Positions 10,272 to 20,866 of a stretch of 64,000 nt of DNA are shown piece after piece. Source of the DNA: Thermodesulfobacteriota bacterium (lineage in GTDB: Bacteria; Desulfobacterota_D; UBA1144; Nemesobacterales; JAJCZQ01). The notes under the pieces are model-generated. The model worked only from the letters and a program-made list of their open reading frames with translations. It searched no databases and was not told where the DNA came from. The translations under genes were made by a program, and so were the position numbers. The stretch covers positions 1,344,001 to 1,408,000 of the forward strand of contig CBDBDR010000017.1 in NCBI GenBank assembly GCA_965203965.1, read 5' to 3'. Position 1 is the first letter of the stretch. Every line of letters begins with the position of its first letter.

Positions 10272-10300
10272 AATGTAGCAAGAGGTTGGTCTATTTGCAA
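10272..10300 (-). promoter_or_regulatory. Putative sigma70 promoter for leaderless thiE
   Basis: TTGCAA-17-TACATT (with TGn extension), then 7 nt to the ATG; no SD. Confidence 0.6.
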
Positions 10301-10598
10301 AGTATATAACACTCAAATGTCTTTAAAGAATGTCAAAATGCAAAGTATAGTTGTTTTTTTTTAAGTATTTTTTGTCTATAAAAAGCAAGTGTGATGGTTG
10401 GTAAAGTGCTGTTTTAGAAAGAAGTTAATGTGTAACAAAACAAACTATAAGCGTTGTTAATTATCCTACAAAGATGTTTTCTGATGTATTTATAGAGTTC
10501 TGTGCAGTTGTTGATTTACGAAAATTAACAGGAAAAACAATTGTAAATAGGGTTGCATTAGGACAGTTAAAATTTAAGAACAGTTCAAATTTTTGCCT

Positions 10599-11933
10599 TT
10601 ATTTTGCGAGATTTTTGTTGATGGCATCAATGACGGCGTTGTATTCATTTGGCAATTCAATAGGTTGATTGACATAGTTTGGTATCACTTCTTTCAGTTC
10701 TTTTTTATGGTAACCGATTTTGAATTCAACAAATTTCAGTCCGTGTGCCGTTGAGATTATCACGATTTTATCTTTTGGGTTAAAAAGTTTTTTCTTGTGC
10801 AATTTCAGAAACACAGCAAGTGCCACGCCGGTGTGTGGACAGTTGAAGGTTCCCGTTTTATCAACCAATGCCGCGGCGTTTGCAAGCTCCTGCTCAGAAG
10901 CCTGTTCTACGATACCGTCAAATTCTTTCAATATCTTGATTGCCTTGTTGATACTTACGGGATTGCCGATCTGGATGGCGTTTGCAAGAGTTTTTTTGGC
11001 TTTTACAGGGTGAAATTCTTCAAAACCTTTTAAGTAGCTCATGTATAAAGGGTTTGCATTCTGAGACTGGGCGCACACCACCTTGGGTAATTTTTTTATC
11101 AAGCCAAGTTCATACATTATCTTGAAACCTTTGCCCAGAGCTGAGACGTTTCCCAGATTTCCCCCGGGTATTATGATCCAATCGGGAACTTCCCAGTCAA
11201 ACTGTTGACAAAGCTCAATGCTAATAGTTTTTTGACCTTCAATCCTAAGTGAGTTTATGGAATTGGCGAGATATATGTTCTTCTCGGCTGTTACTTTTTG
11301 AACCATTTCCATGCATCCGTCAAAGTCGGTATCAAGAGACAGGACGATCGCACCGTTTGAGATAGGCTGAACAAGTTGGGCTATTGAAACCTTGTTTTTT
11401 GGCAAAAATACTATTGCGGGGATTCCCGCAAACGCACAGTAGGCTGCAAGAGCAGCAGAAGTGTCACCCGTGGATGCACATGCCACAGCGGGTATATCTT
11501 TGTTGTTGTTTCGCATTTGATTTACAACTGAAATCAAGACGGTCATACCTAGATCCTTAAAAGAGCCTGTGTGGCTGTTTCCGCACATCTTTATCCACAC
11601 ATCATTCATACCGATTTGCTTTCCAAACCTTTCAGCCCAGAACAGATTAGTTGCACCTTCATACATTGAAACGATGTTTTTATCCTCAACGTTTGGACAG
11701 ACCCATTCTTTCTTGCCCCAGACGGAACTTCCGTAGGGCCAAGACTGTTTCCTATAACGACTGTCAAAAAGGTGTTTCCACTCTGTGCCAGATTTCTTTC
11801 TCAGGGTTCTGAAGTCATGGACGACTTCCAAAAGGTTGCCACATTTACTACATCGGTAAACTATTTCGTCCAAAGGATAGGTTTTACCGCAAGATTCATC
11901 TATGCAGCTAAACCAAGCTTTGAATTCACTCAT
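10599..11933 (-). CDS. thrC: Threonine synthase
   Basis: HTGSFKDLG PLP-lysine motif, CASTGDTSA, NSINSLRIEGQKT, PGGNLGN, STAHGLKF. Confidence 0.95.
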   Translation of the reverse strand: MSEFKAWFSCIDESCGKTYPLDEIVYRCSKCGNLLEVVHDFRTLRKKSGTEWKHLFDSRYRKQSWPYGSSVWGKKEWVCPNVEDKNIVSMYEGATNLFWAERFGKQIGMNDVWIKMCGNSHTGSFKDLGMTVLISVVNQMRNNNKDIPAVACASTGDTSAALAAYCAFAGIPAIVFLPKNKVSIAQLVQPISNGAIVLSLDTDFDGCMEMVQKVTAEKNIYLANSINSLRIEGQKTISIELCQQFDWEVPDWIIIPGGNLGNVSALGKGFKIMYELGLIKKLPKVVCAQSQNANPLYMSYLKGFEEFHPVKAKKTLANAIQIGNPVSINKAIKILKEFDGIVEQASEQELANAAALVDKTGTFNCPHTGVALAVFLKLHKKKLFNPKDKIVIISTAHGLKFVEFKIGYHKKELKEVIPNYVNQPIELPNEYNAVIDAINKNLAK

Positions 11934-11941
11934 GGTTTAAC

Positions 11942-11970
11942 AAAATACATTTTGCCGTATATAGTGTCAA
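11942..11970 (-). promoter_or_regulatory. Putative sigma70 promoter for near-leaderless thrC
   Basis: TTGACA-17-TATTTT, then 8 nt to the ATG; no SD. Confidence 0.6.
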
Positions 11971-12057
11971 TTCTTAAAAATGATCTCAGTAGTCCAATTG
12001 ATTATTTATGTGATAGATATTACACTTACTCCGTTAGCACATGGAGGTGATAGTTAA

Positions 12058-12537
12058 ATGAAATCAATTGTATTTATATCGGTTTTATTTTCCATTTTCT
12101 GCCTTACGGTTTACGCACAAAACCCCACGCCGAATGATCCAACTAACCCTAGTGTTTACCCCGACCCTATCGTAAAACCATCCGAAAATCTTGATCCCTA
12201 TGGTAGTTCATCTCTCAATTCAAGTATTCCTAACTACAATAAATCTAAAAGCACTTTTGGATCATCAAACTCCGACCGTCCAAGTAATAGTGAGATAAAC
12301 AAGAAATTACAAGAAAAAAAGGCAAAGGATAGAAAGATTCAAATCGAGAAACAGAACGCCGAGAAGGATTATGAATATGAAGGTGATTCATCTGCAAGAG
12401 ATTATTTTCCCAGTTCAAAAAAACCCAGAAAATCTAAAAAATCAAACTTTTTCCGCTGGGTTGATGACAAAGGTGTTTTACATATAAGTAACGATATCAG
12501 TTTGATACCTGCAAAATACAGAGACAGTATTGAATAG
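12058..12537 (+). CDS. Secreted hypothetical protein with C-terminal DUF4124-like motif
   Basis: GGAGG SD, signal peptide ending VYA, low-complexity middle, FRWVDDKGVLHISND...IPAKYR. Confidence 0.7.
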   Translation: MKSIVFISVLFSIFCLTVYAQNPTPNDPTNPSVYPDPIVKPSENLDPYGSSSLNSSIPNYNKSKSTFGSSNSDRPSNSEINKKLQEKKAKDRKIQIEKQNAEKDYEYEGDSSARDYFPSSKKPRKSKKSNFFRWVDDKGVLHISNDISLIPAKYRDSIE

Positions 12538-12551
12538 AAATTACCCCGTTC

Positions 12552-12833
12552 CTATTTTTTTGTTCTTCTTTTAGAGTTGGATTGAGGGGTTTTGTCTGTG
12601 TCTTCTTCAAGTTTTTCCAGTTTTGCTATAATTTTTTTAAGCTGTCCTTCAACAACATAAAGCGACTCATTTGCAGTTTCAATTCTCTTATATAGATAAT
12701 GACCTATAATCAAAACCGGAATTACAATAAAAATTATTTCAAAAAGATACCCAGGTGTATTATTGCCTCCTGTGCAACCTGTCAAGATAAAACTGATAAA
12801 GATTAAGGTAAAGAAGGTGTTTGAGTTTTTCAT
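12552..12833 (-). CDS. Small hypothetical lipoprotein/membrane protein
   Basis: GGAG SD, LTGC lipobox, one further TM helix and a coiled-coil tail. Confidence 0.65.
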   Translation of the reverse strand: MKNSNTFFTLIFISFILTGCTGGNNTPGYLFEIIFIVIPVLIIGHYLYKRIETANESLYVVEGQLKKIIAKLEKLEEDTDKTPQSNSKRRTKK

Positions 12834-12876
12834 TTTTTAATAGCTCCAGTGTCTGTTATTGGGCATAAATATAAAT

Positions 12877-13479
12877 CTAATTCACTTTTTTGAAAGTCAG
12901 GTAATAAATTCGTCTTTTTTCTTCAATAAACTGCTTTTCATATTTTGTAAGGGGTCTACTCTTTGTCTTGGTGTTAAAACTCTTGGTGTCCGAGGTGTTT
13001 ATGAAGTTTGGATTTGACTTGAAATGCTCAATGGTCTGGTCTACATATTCAGCATGGTCGCTTGCAAACTCTATAACTCCCCCATTTTTCATTAATGCTC
13101 TTAGACTTGCCAGAAAAGTTTTGTTTATAATTCTGTGTTTTTTATGCCTATCCTTTGGCCACGGGTCAGGAAAATTGATATACACAATATCAAAAATGTC
13201 GTTCTCAAAAACCTGATTAAATGCAATTTCTGCGTCAATATGAATGAGTTTTAAGTTTCTCAAGTTTTCTTTATTGGCAAAATGGACTGCATTTTTGAAC
13301 CTGTAGTATTTGATTTCAATTCCGAGGAAGTTCCAGTCCTTGTTTGTTTTTGCCAACTCAATAATGAATTCTCCTTTTCCAAAACCTATCTCAAGAGCGG
13401 TTTTATTATTGTTGCCAAAAATGTCATGGGCGTTTATGGGGAGGTTGTAAATTGATATGTCTAATGTAGGATCCGGCAA
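12877..13479 (-). CDS. trmB: tRNA (guanine-N7)-methyltransferase
   Basis: LEIGFGKG, NFLGIE, NFPDPWPK.RH.KHR, TKYE. Confidence 0.95.
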   Translation of the reverse strand: MPDPTLDISIYNLPINAHDIFGNNNKTALEIGFGKGEFIIELAKTNKDWNFLGIEIKYYRFKNAVHFANKENLRNLKLIHIDAEIAFNQVFENDIFDIVYINFPDPWPKDRHKKHRIINKTFLASLRALMKNGGVIEFASDHAEYVDQTIEHFKSNPNFINTSDTKSFNTKTKSRPLTKYEKQFIEEKRRIYYLTFKKVN

Positions 13480-13497
13480 GATTTTTCACAGTTACGG

Positions 13498-14601
13498 TTA
13501 AAGTATTTTTTTTATTACAGTGTAATCAATTTTAACAGAATATTTTTCATTTTTTCCGGCCATTATTCCGATTGCCGAAGGCAGTGCCATTTGTATGCTT
13601 CCCCTGCGGGATTTTTTGTCAATCTTCATATTGTCTGTCAGATTTTCCGCGGTAACGTTAAAGGGTATTTCCGTTGGTAGTCCTGCACGCTTTAAGAGAA
13701 GTTCCAGTCTTGTAAGTTCATTCTTGTTCCATAAACCTAGTTCTACGGCTATTTTACCTTCGACTACCATACCAATGGATATTGCATTACCATGACTCAA
13801 AGTATAGTCCGACGATCTTTCTATTGCATGTCCGACGGTATGGCCAAAATTCAGAATTTTTCTCAGCCCTGATTCTTTTTCATCTTTTTCAACTATTTTA
13901 GCCTTGATCTTGCAGCAGGTTGCAATAATTTTCCTTAAAAGGTTGTTGTTAAATTCAAATAGTTTTTCAATCCCGCTTTCAAGCAGACTGAAAAGATGTT
14001 GATCTGCAATAACACCGTATTTGATTATTTCAGCAAGCCCTTCACGGATTTCCTTTTTATCCAGTGTTTTCAGTGTATAAAGATCTATATACACGCTCCT
14101 TGGTTGGTAAAATGCACCAATAAGGTTTTTTCCATACTGCGTATCAACCGCAGTTTTGCCCCCGATTGAGCTGTCAACACATGCCACCAGTGTAGTTGGC
14201 ACTTGTATATAGGGAATGCCCCTCATATAAGTAGCGGCAACAAAACCAGCAATATCTCCAACAACTCCCCCACCAAGAGCAATTACGACAGAGTCTCTCC
14301 CGAAGTTTGATTCCATCATCGTGTTTTCTATTTGTGTTTTAATATCTCTGTTCTTTTGCTTCTCGCCGGCGGGAAAATCAATCAGCAAGACGTTTAAGTC
14401 ATTTTTCTGAAAAAGCGTTTTGAGTTTGTTTCCATACAGATTTTTAACATTGGAATCAGTTATTATTGCATAGGAAAAACCCAGTGGTTTTTTTGCAAGT
14501 TCTTCCCCCAGTCTGTGTAAAACACCCGGTCTTATGATTATTCTGTAGGAGTTATCAACGGTGCTCTTCAGATTTACATCTATGATTGTCATTATGCTCA
14601 A
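13498..14601 (-). CDS. aroB: 3-dehydroquinate synthase
   Basis: GGGVVGDIAGF, PTTL...DSSIGGKT, KNLIGAFYQP, LNFGHT.GHAIE. Start TTG 14601 (overlaps apt stop) or ATG 14592. Confidence 0.96.
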   Translation of the reverse strand: MSIMTIIDVNLKSTVDNSYRIIIRPGVLHRLGEELAKKPLGFSYAIITDSNVKNLYGNKLKTLFQKNDLNVLLIDFPAGEKQKNRDIKTQIENTMMESNFGRDSVVIALGGGVVGDIAGFVAATYMRGIPYIQVPTTLVACVDSSIGGKTAVDTQYGKNLIGAFYQPRSVYIDLYTLKTLDKKEIREGLAEIIKYGVIADQHLFSLLESGIEKLFEFNNNLLRKIIATCCKIKAKIVEKDEKESGLRKILNFGHTVGHAIERSSDYTLSHGNAISIGMVVEGKIAVELGLWNKNELTRLELLLKRAGLPTEIPFNVTAENLTDNMKIDKKSRRGSIQMALPSAIGIMAGKNEKYSVKIDYTVIKKIL

Positions 14602-15119
14602 TCACTGTATTTAACAACTGACCAGACGTTTGTAGAATTCAGTTTTTCGGCTCCTTTTAATGATGTAAGCTCCACCAGAAAAAGGCATCCGACAAGATCA
14701 CCGTTAATCTGCTTTACCAAACTGCTTGCTGCTTTGGCTGTACCACCCGTTGCAAGCAGATCATCAACTATGATAACCTTTTTTCCTTCGGGTATCGCAT
14801 TCTCATGTATTTCAAGAGAGTCCTGTCCATACTCCAGATCGTATGATGCTTTTACAGTTGTATTCGGTAGTTTTCCGGGTTTTCTCACCACCACAAGTCC
14901 TTTTGACAGCACCATAGAAAGAGCGGAAGCAAAAATAAACCCCCTTGATTCTATCCCTGCAAAATAGTCCGTTTCCATACCGCTGATCATATCCGCCATC
15001 CGTTTAACCGCAAGTTCAAACGATTTGGCATTTTGCAGTAGTGGGGTAATATCGCGGAAGTTAATTCCCTCTTTTGGAAAATCCTTAATGCTCCTGATAA
15101 ATTTTTTTATTTCATTCAC
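14598..15119 (-). CDS. apt: Adenine phosphoribosyltransferase
   Basis: DFPKEGINFRDITP, ESRGF, RKPGKLP, YDLEYG, VDDLLATGGT. Confidence 0.96.
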   Translation of the reverse strand: MNEIKKFIRSIKDFPKEGINFRDITPLLQNAKSFELAVKRMADMISGMETDYFAGIESRGFIFASALSMVLSKGLVVVRKPGKLPNTTVKASYDLEYGQDSLEIHENAIPEGKKVIIVDDLLATGGTAKAASSLVKQINGDLVGCLFLVELTSLKGAEKLNSTNVWSVVKYSD

Positions 15120-15168
15120 TGTGTTGTATACTCCATCTCCGTAATTTGCACCTTTGATTAACAGGTAG

Positions 15169-15621
15169 TTATTTTAAATGATCACAAGCAATCCTGACTG
15201 CTTCAGCAGCACTGGAAGCGGGTTGAATATTTGGTGAAATATCCCATGTATTTATTCCTATGATCTTTTTGTTGAATCTCAGGGCAAAAGAGAGTTCCGA
15301 TAATGTACCAAATCCCCCTCCTATTGCAATTATAACGTTCCCGCTTAAAGCAACTGCCAGGTTTCTGGCTTGTCCAGTTCCTGTAATAATGGGAACATCC
15401 AGATATTGGTTTGAGTCCTGCTCAGTTTCTCCGGGTAGTATTCCTATGGTTAAACCGCCTTCAGATTTTGCCCCCTTGCAAACGGACTCCATAATTCCAC
15501 CTAAACCCCCGCATACCACCACAAATCCTTTTCTTGCGATCTCCCTTCCCACTTCTTCGGTAGTGGCAGTGAGCTTGTGGTCATCATTACTTCCAGATCC
15601 TATTACGCTTATTAACTTCAT
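15169..15621 (-). CDS. TIGR00725/LOG-like Rossmann-fold protein
   Basis: CGGLGGIME, GGLTIGILPG, ARN, GGGFGTLSE. Confidence 0.88.
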   Translation of the reverse strand: MKLISVIGSGSNDDHKLTATTEEVGREIARKGFVVVCGGLGGIMESVCKGAKSEGGLTIGILPGETEQDSNQYLDVPIITGTGQARNLAVALSGNVIIAIGGGFGTLSELSFALRFNKKIIGINTWDISPNIQPASSAAEAVRIACDHLK

Positions 15622-15672
15622 AAATTTTTTATTCCAAGCATACAGTTTGCATTTGATTCAACTTCATTATAC

Positions 15673-16365
15673 TTGATTTACACTGCTAATTTGCTACCTT
15701 TTATCTTGATGAACTGCAATAAACTGACAAGATTTTCATACATATCACTCTTATTACCGTTTTTTTTAATACTTAGTTCAGTTGTGTATTCAGATGAGAG
15801 TAACCCTACTGGATTGAAATTCGGTATGTCCAGCAAAGATGCAAAAGAACTTATAACAGCTAACGAACATGAGATATTAAAAAACGTGGTTGATTCAAAA
15901 GACATTAGAACTATTTTTGTTGACGGAATTATTTTTGAGTATCCATCCGTTAGTGGTATTGAAGCTGAAAAAAAAACAAAGCTGGAATTTTATGATGACA
16001 GACTTATGTCCGCTTTACTTGTTGTTAAAAAACTGGAAGGTAGTCAGTTTGTTGATATATACAACAAACTTTTAAAGAACATAGAAGCTGACTTTGGTGA
16101 TTTCACCTCCAGAGATAATATGAATTTCTACGATATATGGACTTGGGAAAAAGATAATTTGAAGATTGTTCTCAGCACAAACAGAAAAAATGGTCAAATA
16201 AAGATCAAATACACTTATATTCCTATTGCTAATTACAAGGCGAAAAAAGAGCTCCGCGTTAAAAGAAGAGGGAAGTTAAAGAATCCTGCCGAACAGATGT
16301 TCAAAGATGGAGATTTCTCACAGCGTGGTGGAACGACAACCGGATATGGCACTTTAAGTCCATAA
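15673..16365 (+). CDS. Secreted hypothetical protein
   Basis: 230-codon ORF with a signal-peptide-like N-terminus (start possibly ATG 15709) and a GLKFGMS motif; no family recognised. Confidence 0.65.
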   Translation: MIYTANLLPFILMNCNKLTRFSYISLLLPFFLILSSVVYSDESNPTGLKFGMSSKDAKELITANEHEILKNVVDSKDIRTIFVDGIIFEYPSVSGIEAEKKTKLEFYDDRLMSALLVVKKLEGSQFVDIYNKLLKNIEADFGDFTSRDNMNFYDIWTWEKDNLKIVLSTNRKNGQIKIKYTYIPIANYKAKKELRVKRRGKLKNPAEQMFKDGDFSQRGGTTTGYGTLSP

Positions 16366-16631
16366 AAGGTTTGACTATTCAATCTATTAATTGCCACTCT
16401 TTTTTTCTGCCTCATAGTTCGCCGATTGTCAAAACAAAAGAACTTACAATTCCACATAAAAATTTGCCAGATTATCGGTTTTATTCCTTTTCTGTATCAA
16501 ATTAATTTAACTTTATAAATTTGCCTATATATAGTTTTTCAACTAATGCCGAAAACAGCTTGGTTTTCTTACGGTCATTTAAGGATGCTATGCAATAATT
16601 ATTCTTAATTTGAAATTATTTCCCATAATAT

Positions 16632-18479
16632 ATGAAAATATCACCTGTAATCATTGGTTTTTTTCTAATCAATTTACTGTTTATTATTAGCTTCCCATCT
16701 GAATCAATCGGTCAGGAAGAAAACGGTGACAATAACACAAAAATTGTCAAGATTGAAGTCAAGGGCAATGATGACGTGAGTCTGGATTCAATAAAGAATA
16801 GCATTCAAACCCAGTTTCCGTCCATAAGACCCTGGGCAGCGAGGCCGAAATTGGATGAAAGTATATTTGAAGACGATATAGAAAAAATCAAAGCATTGTA
16901 CGCGGACCATGGATATTACAACGCCCAAATTACCTATGAAGTTAATTACCGTAATGAAAACAGAGAGGCAGCAATAATGATATGGATAGATCAAGGCAAG
17001 CCGGTGATACTTAGGAGACTTAATGTTGTTGTACTTGGTAGCGGATTAGAAGAGTCCAATCAGGATTTGGAGTTGATAGAAGAAATAAACAGGAAAGTTC
17101 TGCTAAAACCCAATAAGGTTTTTTCTGCAATAAAGCTCAGAGTTTCTAAGAGTAAGATAAGAAAAATTTTGTCCAGTAGGGGTTACCCTAAGTTTGATTT
17201 GAGACCCCAGATACTGGTCAACAGGAAGGAAGAATGGGCGGAGGCAAATTTTGAGGTTGTTCCCGGTTCAAAATACAAGTTCGGCAGCATTGAAATTGAA
17301 GGGAACCAGACAGTGTCTGATAATCTGGTGAGAAGAGAGCTCTTGTATAAAACTGGTGATTATTATTCTCTTGAAAAAATTACCGATTCCCAATCGGATA
17401 TTTTTCAACTTGGATATTTCAAATCCGTAAATATTGAACAGATCTATAATGACGATAAATTAGAGGTTGATACTATCGTCAGGATTAAGGAAAAGAAACT
17501 TGGAAGTATAAGATTTGGTGTTGGGGTTGCCTCCGAAGACAAACTGAGAACGCAGGTAGAGTGGACGCAGGGTAATTTACTAGGTGGGGGTAGAAATATG
17601 GAAATTCTTACTAAGGTTTCTTTCATAACCCAGCTTGTTCAGGCAAGTATCAGCCAGCCGCACATTACAGGTAGGAGCTCAGAGCTGATAGGTTTCTTGA
17701 GTTTTAAAAGAGACGATTTGCCAAGCTATGAAGGCTCATTTATAACCTCATCTCTGGCACTTGAAAAGAAACTTGCCAAACCTCTCAGGGGAAGAAGTTC
17801 GTTTAATGTTATTTATTCAGATATTACTTCGCAGTCAACAGTTTCACCCATTGAGCGAAGTCGGCGGAATGTTTTCCTGACAACATTCGGGGGAGGATTA
17901 AGTTTCAATGTAATTGACGACCTGTTTAATCCGACTGAGGGAATTGCCTCTGATACGAGGTTGGAGGTGTCCTTAACAGATCTGGGTTCGGATGTTGACT
18001 ATTTGCTGTCTCTTACAGATTTAAGGATATACAAAAGCGTTTCAAAATTTGTTTTTGCACACAGGTTGGAGTTGGGATTTATATATTCCTTTGGATCCAC
18101 GGATAGATTTGATATTCCTATCTTCAAAAGGTTTTTTGCAGGTGGGAGTAACAGCTTCAGGGGTTATAATTTTCAAGAGCTTGGGCCTCTGAATTCAAAA
18201 GGAGAACCGATTGGTGGCAATTCTCTCATAGTGGGTAACCTGGAAATAAGACACCCTCTACCACTCCGGAGGCTCAGAGGTGTGGTGTTTTTAGATTACG
18301 GTAATGTCTATCCGGGTGAATTTGAATATTCTTTGGACGGGCTGAGATACGCCGTTGGAGGAGGCTTGAGGTATGATACAATCATCGGTCCCGTCAGGTT
18401 TGATATTGGTTACGCCTTGAATCCAGACCCTGAATTGAAAAGATTTCACGTTTTTCTCAGTGTTGGACAGGCATTCTGA
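16632..18479 (+). CDS. Omp85-family outer membrane protein (TamA-like, about 3 POTRA domains plus beta-barrel)
   Basis: Signal peptide, POTRA repeats (IEVKGN...GYY; IEIEGN...LGYF), RFFAGGSNSFRGY, GPVRFDIG, C-terminal GQAF; 615 aa. Confidence 0.88.
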   Translation: MKISPVIIGFFLINLLFIISFPSESIGQEENGDNNTKIVKIEVKGNDDVSLDSIKNSIQTQFPSIRPWAARPKLDESIFEDDIEKIKALYADHGYYNAQITYEVNYRNENREAAIMIWIDQGKPVILRRLNVVVLGSGLEESNQDLELIEEINRKVLLKPNKVFSAIKLRVSKSKIRKILSSRGYPKFDLRPQILVNRKEEWAEANFEVVPGSKYKFGSIEIEGNQTVSDNLVRRELLYKTGDYYSLEKITDSQSDIFQLGYFKSVNIEQIYNDDKLEVDTIVRIKEKKLGSIRFGVGVASEDKLRTQVEWTQGNLLGGGRNMEILTKVSFITQLVQASISQPHITGRSSELIGFLSFKRDDLPSYEGSFITSSLALEKKLAKPLRGRSSFNVIYSDITSQSTVSPIERSRRNVFLTTFGGGLSFNVIDDLFNPTEGIASDTRLEVSLTDLGSDVDYLLSLTDLRIYKSVSKFVFAHRLELGFIYSFGSTDRFDIPIFKRFFAGGSNSFRGYNFQELGPLNSKGEPIGGNSLIVGNLEIRHPLPLRRLRGVVFLDYGNVYPGEFEYSLDGLRYAVGGGLRYDTIIGPVRFDIGYALNPDPELKRFHVFLSVGQAF

Positions 18480-18481
18480 AT

Positions 18482-19663
18482 TTACGAACAGAGCTTTTTT
18501 ATACCCCGTGAAGCCTGCATTATTCTCTTTTCATTTTCAACCAGTGCCAATCTTATAAAACCTTCTCCATACTGACCAAATCCAATTCCGGGGGACGTTG
18601 CAACTTTTGCCTCTTCTATAAGTAGTTTTGAAAACTCCAATGAGCCGAGTTTTTTATATTTATCGGGTATTTCTGCCCAGACGAACATGGTGGCTTTGGG
18701 CATATCTATTTTCCACCCTGATCTGTTAAAGGACTCTATGAGCTTGTTCCTTCTTGATTTGTAAGTGGCGTTGATTTCTCTCACGCATTCCTGTGAGCCG
18801 TTCAGGGCTTGAATTGATGCTATCTGAATAGGCTGAAATATCCCGTAATCAAGGTAGCCTTTAATGCGTTTCAAAGCAGAAACGATTTTACTATTCCCTA
18901 CCATAAAACCAACTCTCCAACCTGGCATGTTGTAGCTTTTGGACAGAGAATAGAACTCCACCGCCACGTCAAGTGCTCCCTTAATCTCCAGTATGCTTGG
19001 TGCTTTATAGTTGTCAAAGCACAAGTCGGCGTAAGCGAGATCGTGAACTATTATTAGTCCGGATTCTTTTGCCAGTTCCACAATGTCTGCAAAAAATTTC
19101 TTCTCCACGGTTTTTGTGGTTGGGTTGTTGGGGAAAGAAAGTATCAAAACTTTGGGCTTAGGCCAAACTTCATTCAGCGTTTTTTGTATTGATTCAATCA
19201 GTTCATCTCCATCAGTCAGTGGTATGCTTTGTACATCTCCACGAGAAATTATCACAGAATAAATATGAATTGGGTATGCAGGATTTGGAACGATAACAGT
19301 GTCTCCGGGTGAGAGTATTGATAGCATTAGGTGCGAGATACCCTCTTTGGAACCTATTGTTACGACAGCTTCGGTTTCCGGGTTCAACTCAACGTTATAA
19401 TTTCTTTTATACCAGTTTGTGATAGCCAGCCTCAACTTGTATATTCCCGCAGAGGCAGAATACCTGTGATTTCTTGATTTGGATGAGGCCTCTTTCAGTT
19501 TTTTAACTATATGTTCCGGAGTAGGTTGATCAGGATTGCCCATTCCCAGATCAATTATATCTTCCCCTTTTGCCCTTGCTCTTGTTTTATATTCATTAAC
19601 TACGTTGAATACATAAGGGGGCAATCTTTTAATAAGGGAAAAATCATCGTCCAAGTTGATCAT
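18482..19663 (-). CDS. Class I PLP aminotransferase (AlaC / LL-DAP aminotransferase-like)
   Basis: [48 protein letters not shown] 19663. Confidence 0.9.
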   Translation of the reverse strand: MINLDDDFSLIKRLPPYVFNVVNEYKTRARAKGEDIIDLGMGNPDQPTPEHIVKKLKEASSKSRNHRYSASAGIYKLRLAITNWYKRNYNVELNPETEAVVTIGSKEGISHLMLSILSPGDTVIVPNPAYPIHIYSVIISRGDVQSIPLTDGDELIESIQKTLNEVWPKPKVLILSFPNNPTTKTVEKKFFADIVELAKESGLIIVHDLAYADLCFDNYKAPSILEIKGALDVAVEFYSLSKSYNMPGWRVGFMVGNSKIVSALKRIKGYLDYGIFQPIQIASIQALNGSQECVREINATYKSRRNKLIESFNRSGWKIDMPKATMFVWAEIPDKYKKLGSLEFSKLLIEEAKVATSPGIGFGQYGEGFIRLALVENEKRIMQASRGIKKLCS

Positions 19664-20137
19664 TGTTTTATTTCCAGAACTATAAAAAGTAAATTCTATT
19701 ATAAATACGGACAATCTCAAGGAGTGGGGAATACCTGATGTTTAATAATAAAGGATAATTGTTCAAACGAGTAATAATTGATGGGCATGAAAAGAATTAT
19801 TAATTTGTGTTATGTGCAAGTAGTTCTTAAAGTGCTTTAAAATCCTTTGGTAATCTCTTTTAAGCATTTAACGGAGTACCTTTCTATAATTTTTCATTTT
19901 TCTATTTTCAAAAAGTATTTTTCTATCATCAATATAATAAATTCAAGAGTGTATTTAACTATCATAGTTTAAGGAGTTTCAAGGCAAACTTTACAGATTA
20001 ATTTTCAATTTGATATATAAGTTTTAGCTAAAACCAAACTATATACGTTAATTAAATACTTCGTTTGCCTGATAACAGATTTATTGCTTATAATTACTTT
20101 TGTATTATCAGTGCTTTCAAATATGATTAGTACAATT

Positions 20138-20821
20138 ATGTTCAAGACTATTTTAATCTCTTTATTTATATGTTTCCTGATAACAGGTTGCTTCAATAGA
20201 GGGGGTAATGTTGAAGGGAGTGATACAATAAGCTATGAGCATAAAGGTTCAAAAGACATTAACGATTATACACAGAAGGGGATTGCTTCCTGGTATGGGG
20301 ATAAGGAGCATGGAAATAAGACAGCAAGCGGTGAAAAGTTCAGCAGATATGCCTACACGGCTGCCCACAAAACTATTCCATTTGGTACTGTTGTGAGGGT
20401 TACAAATCTGGAAAACGGTAAAGACGTTGTGGTTACAATAAACGACAGGGGGCCTTTTATAAAGGGCAGAATCATAGATCTTTCTTATTCTTCTGCTCTT
20501 GCCATTGATTTGGTCAGGACTGGAATCACCAAGGTTAAAGTAGAGGTAATTTCCTCACCTTCGTTAAGGAGTAATAGTTATTTCAGACCTGTCTATACTG
20601 TGCAGGTCGGATCCTTCAGCAGTAAAATTAATGCCTTGTCTGTGAAAAATGAACTGCGTTCTGTGACAAGTAGTGATGATATACGTATAGAGCGTGTTAA
20701 GGTTAAAGGCGACACTTATTACAGGGTGAGAGTTGGCATGTTTTCACAAAAATCTCAAGCTGAGAAGTTAAAGAAAAAGCTTCGCAGTTACGGTTACAGG
20801 GGGAAAGTTGTGCTGGAGTAG
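20138..20821 (+). CDS. rlpA: RlpA lytic transglycosylase lipoprotein with SPOR domain
   Basis: ITGC lipobox, GIASWYG, TAAHKT, INDRGPF.KGRIIDLS, SPOR motifs VQVGSF...YRVRVG. Confidence 0.93.
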   Translation: MFKTILISLFICFLITGCFNRGGNVEGSDTISYEHKGSKDINDYTQKGIASWYGDKEHGNKTASGEKFSRYAYTAAHKTIPFGTVVRVTNLENGKDVVVTINDRGPFIKGRIIDLSYSSALAIDLVRTGITKVKVEVISSPSLRSNSYFRPVYTVQVGSFSSKINALSVKNELRSVTSSDDIRIERVKVKGDTYYRVRVGMFSQKSQAEKLKKKLRSYGYRGKVVLE

Positions 20822-20853
20822 AAATTTCTCACCGAATTTTATTTTCCACTGAT

Positions 20854-20859
20854 TACTAT
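20854..20859 (+). promoter_or_regulatory. Putative -10 (TACTAT) for leaderless panB
   Basis: TACTAT-atcaata-ATG (7 nt); no SD. Confidence 0.45.
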
Positions 20860-20866
20860 ATCAATA

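Noticed and set aside
10265..10470. TPP riboswitch upstream of thiE
   Set aside because: No CTGAGA...CCTGA core, and the predicted promoter leaves no leader.
19664..20137. Long AT-rich intergenic region with tiny ORFs
   Set aside because: No repeat, stable structure or credible ORF found; consistent with divergent promoters.
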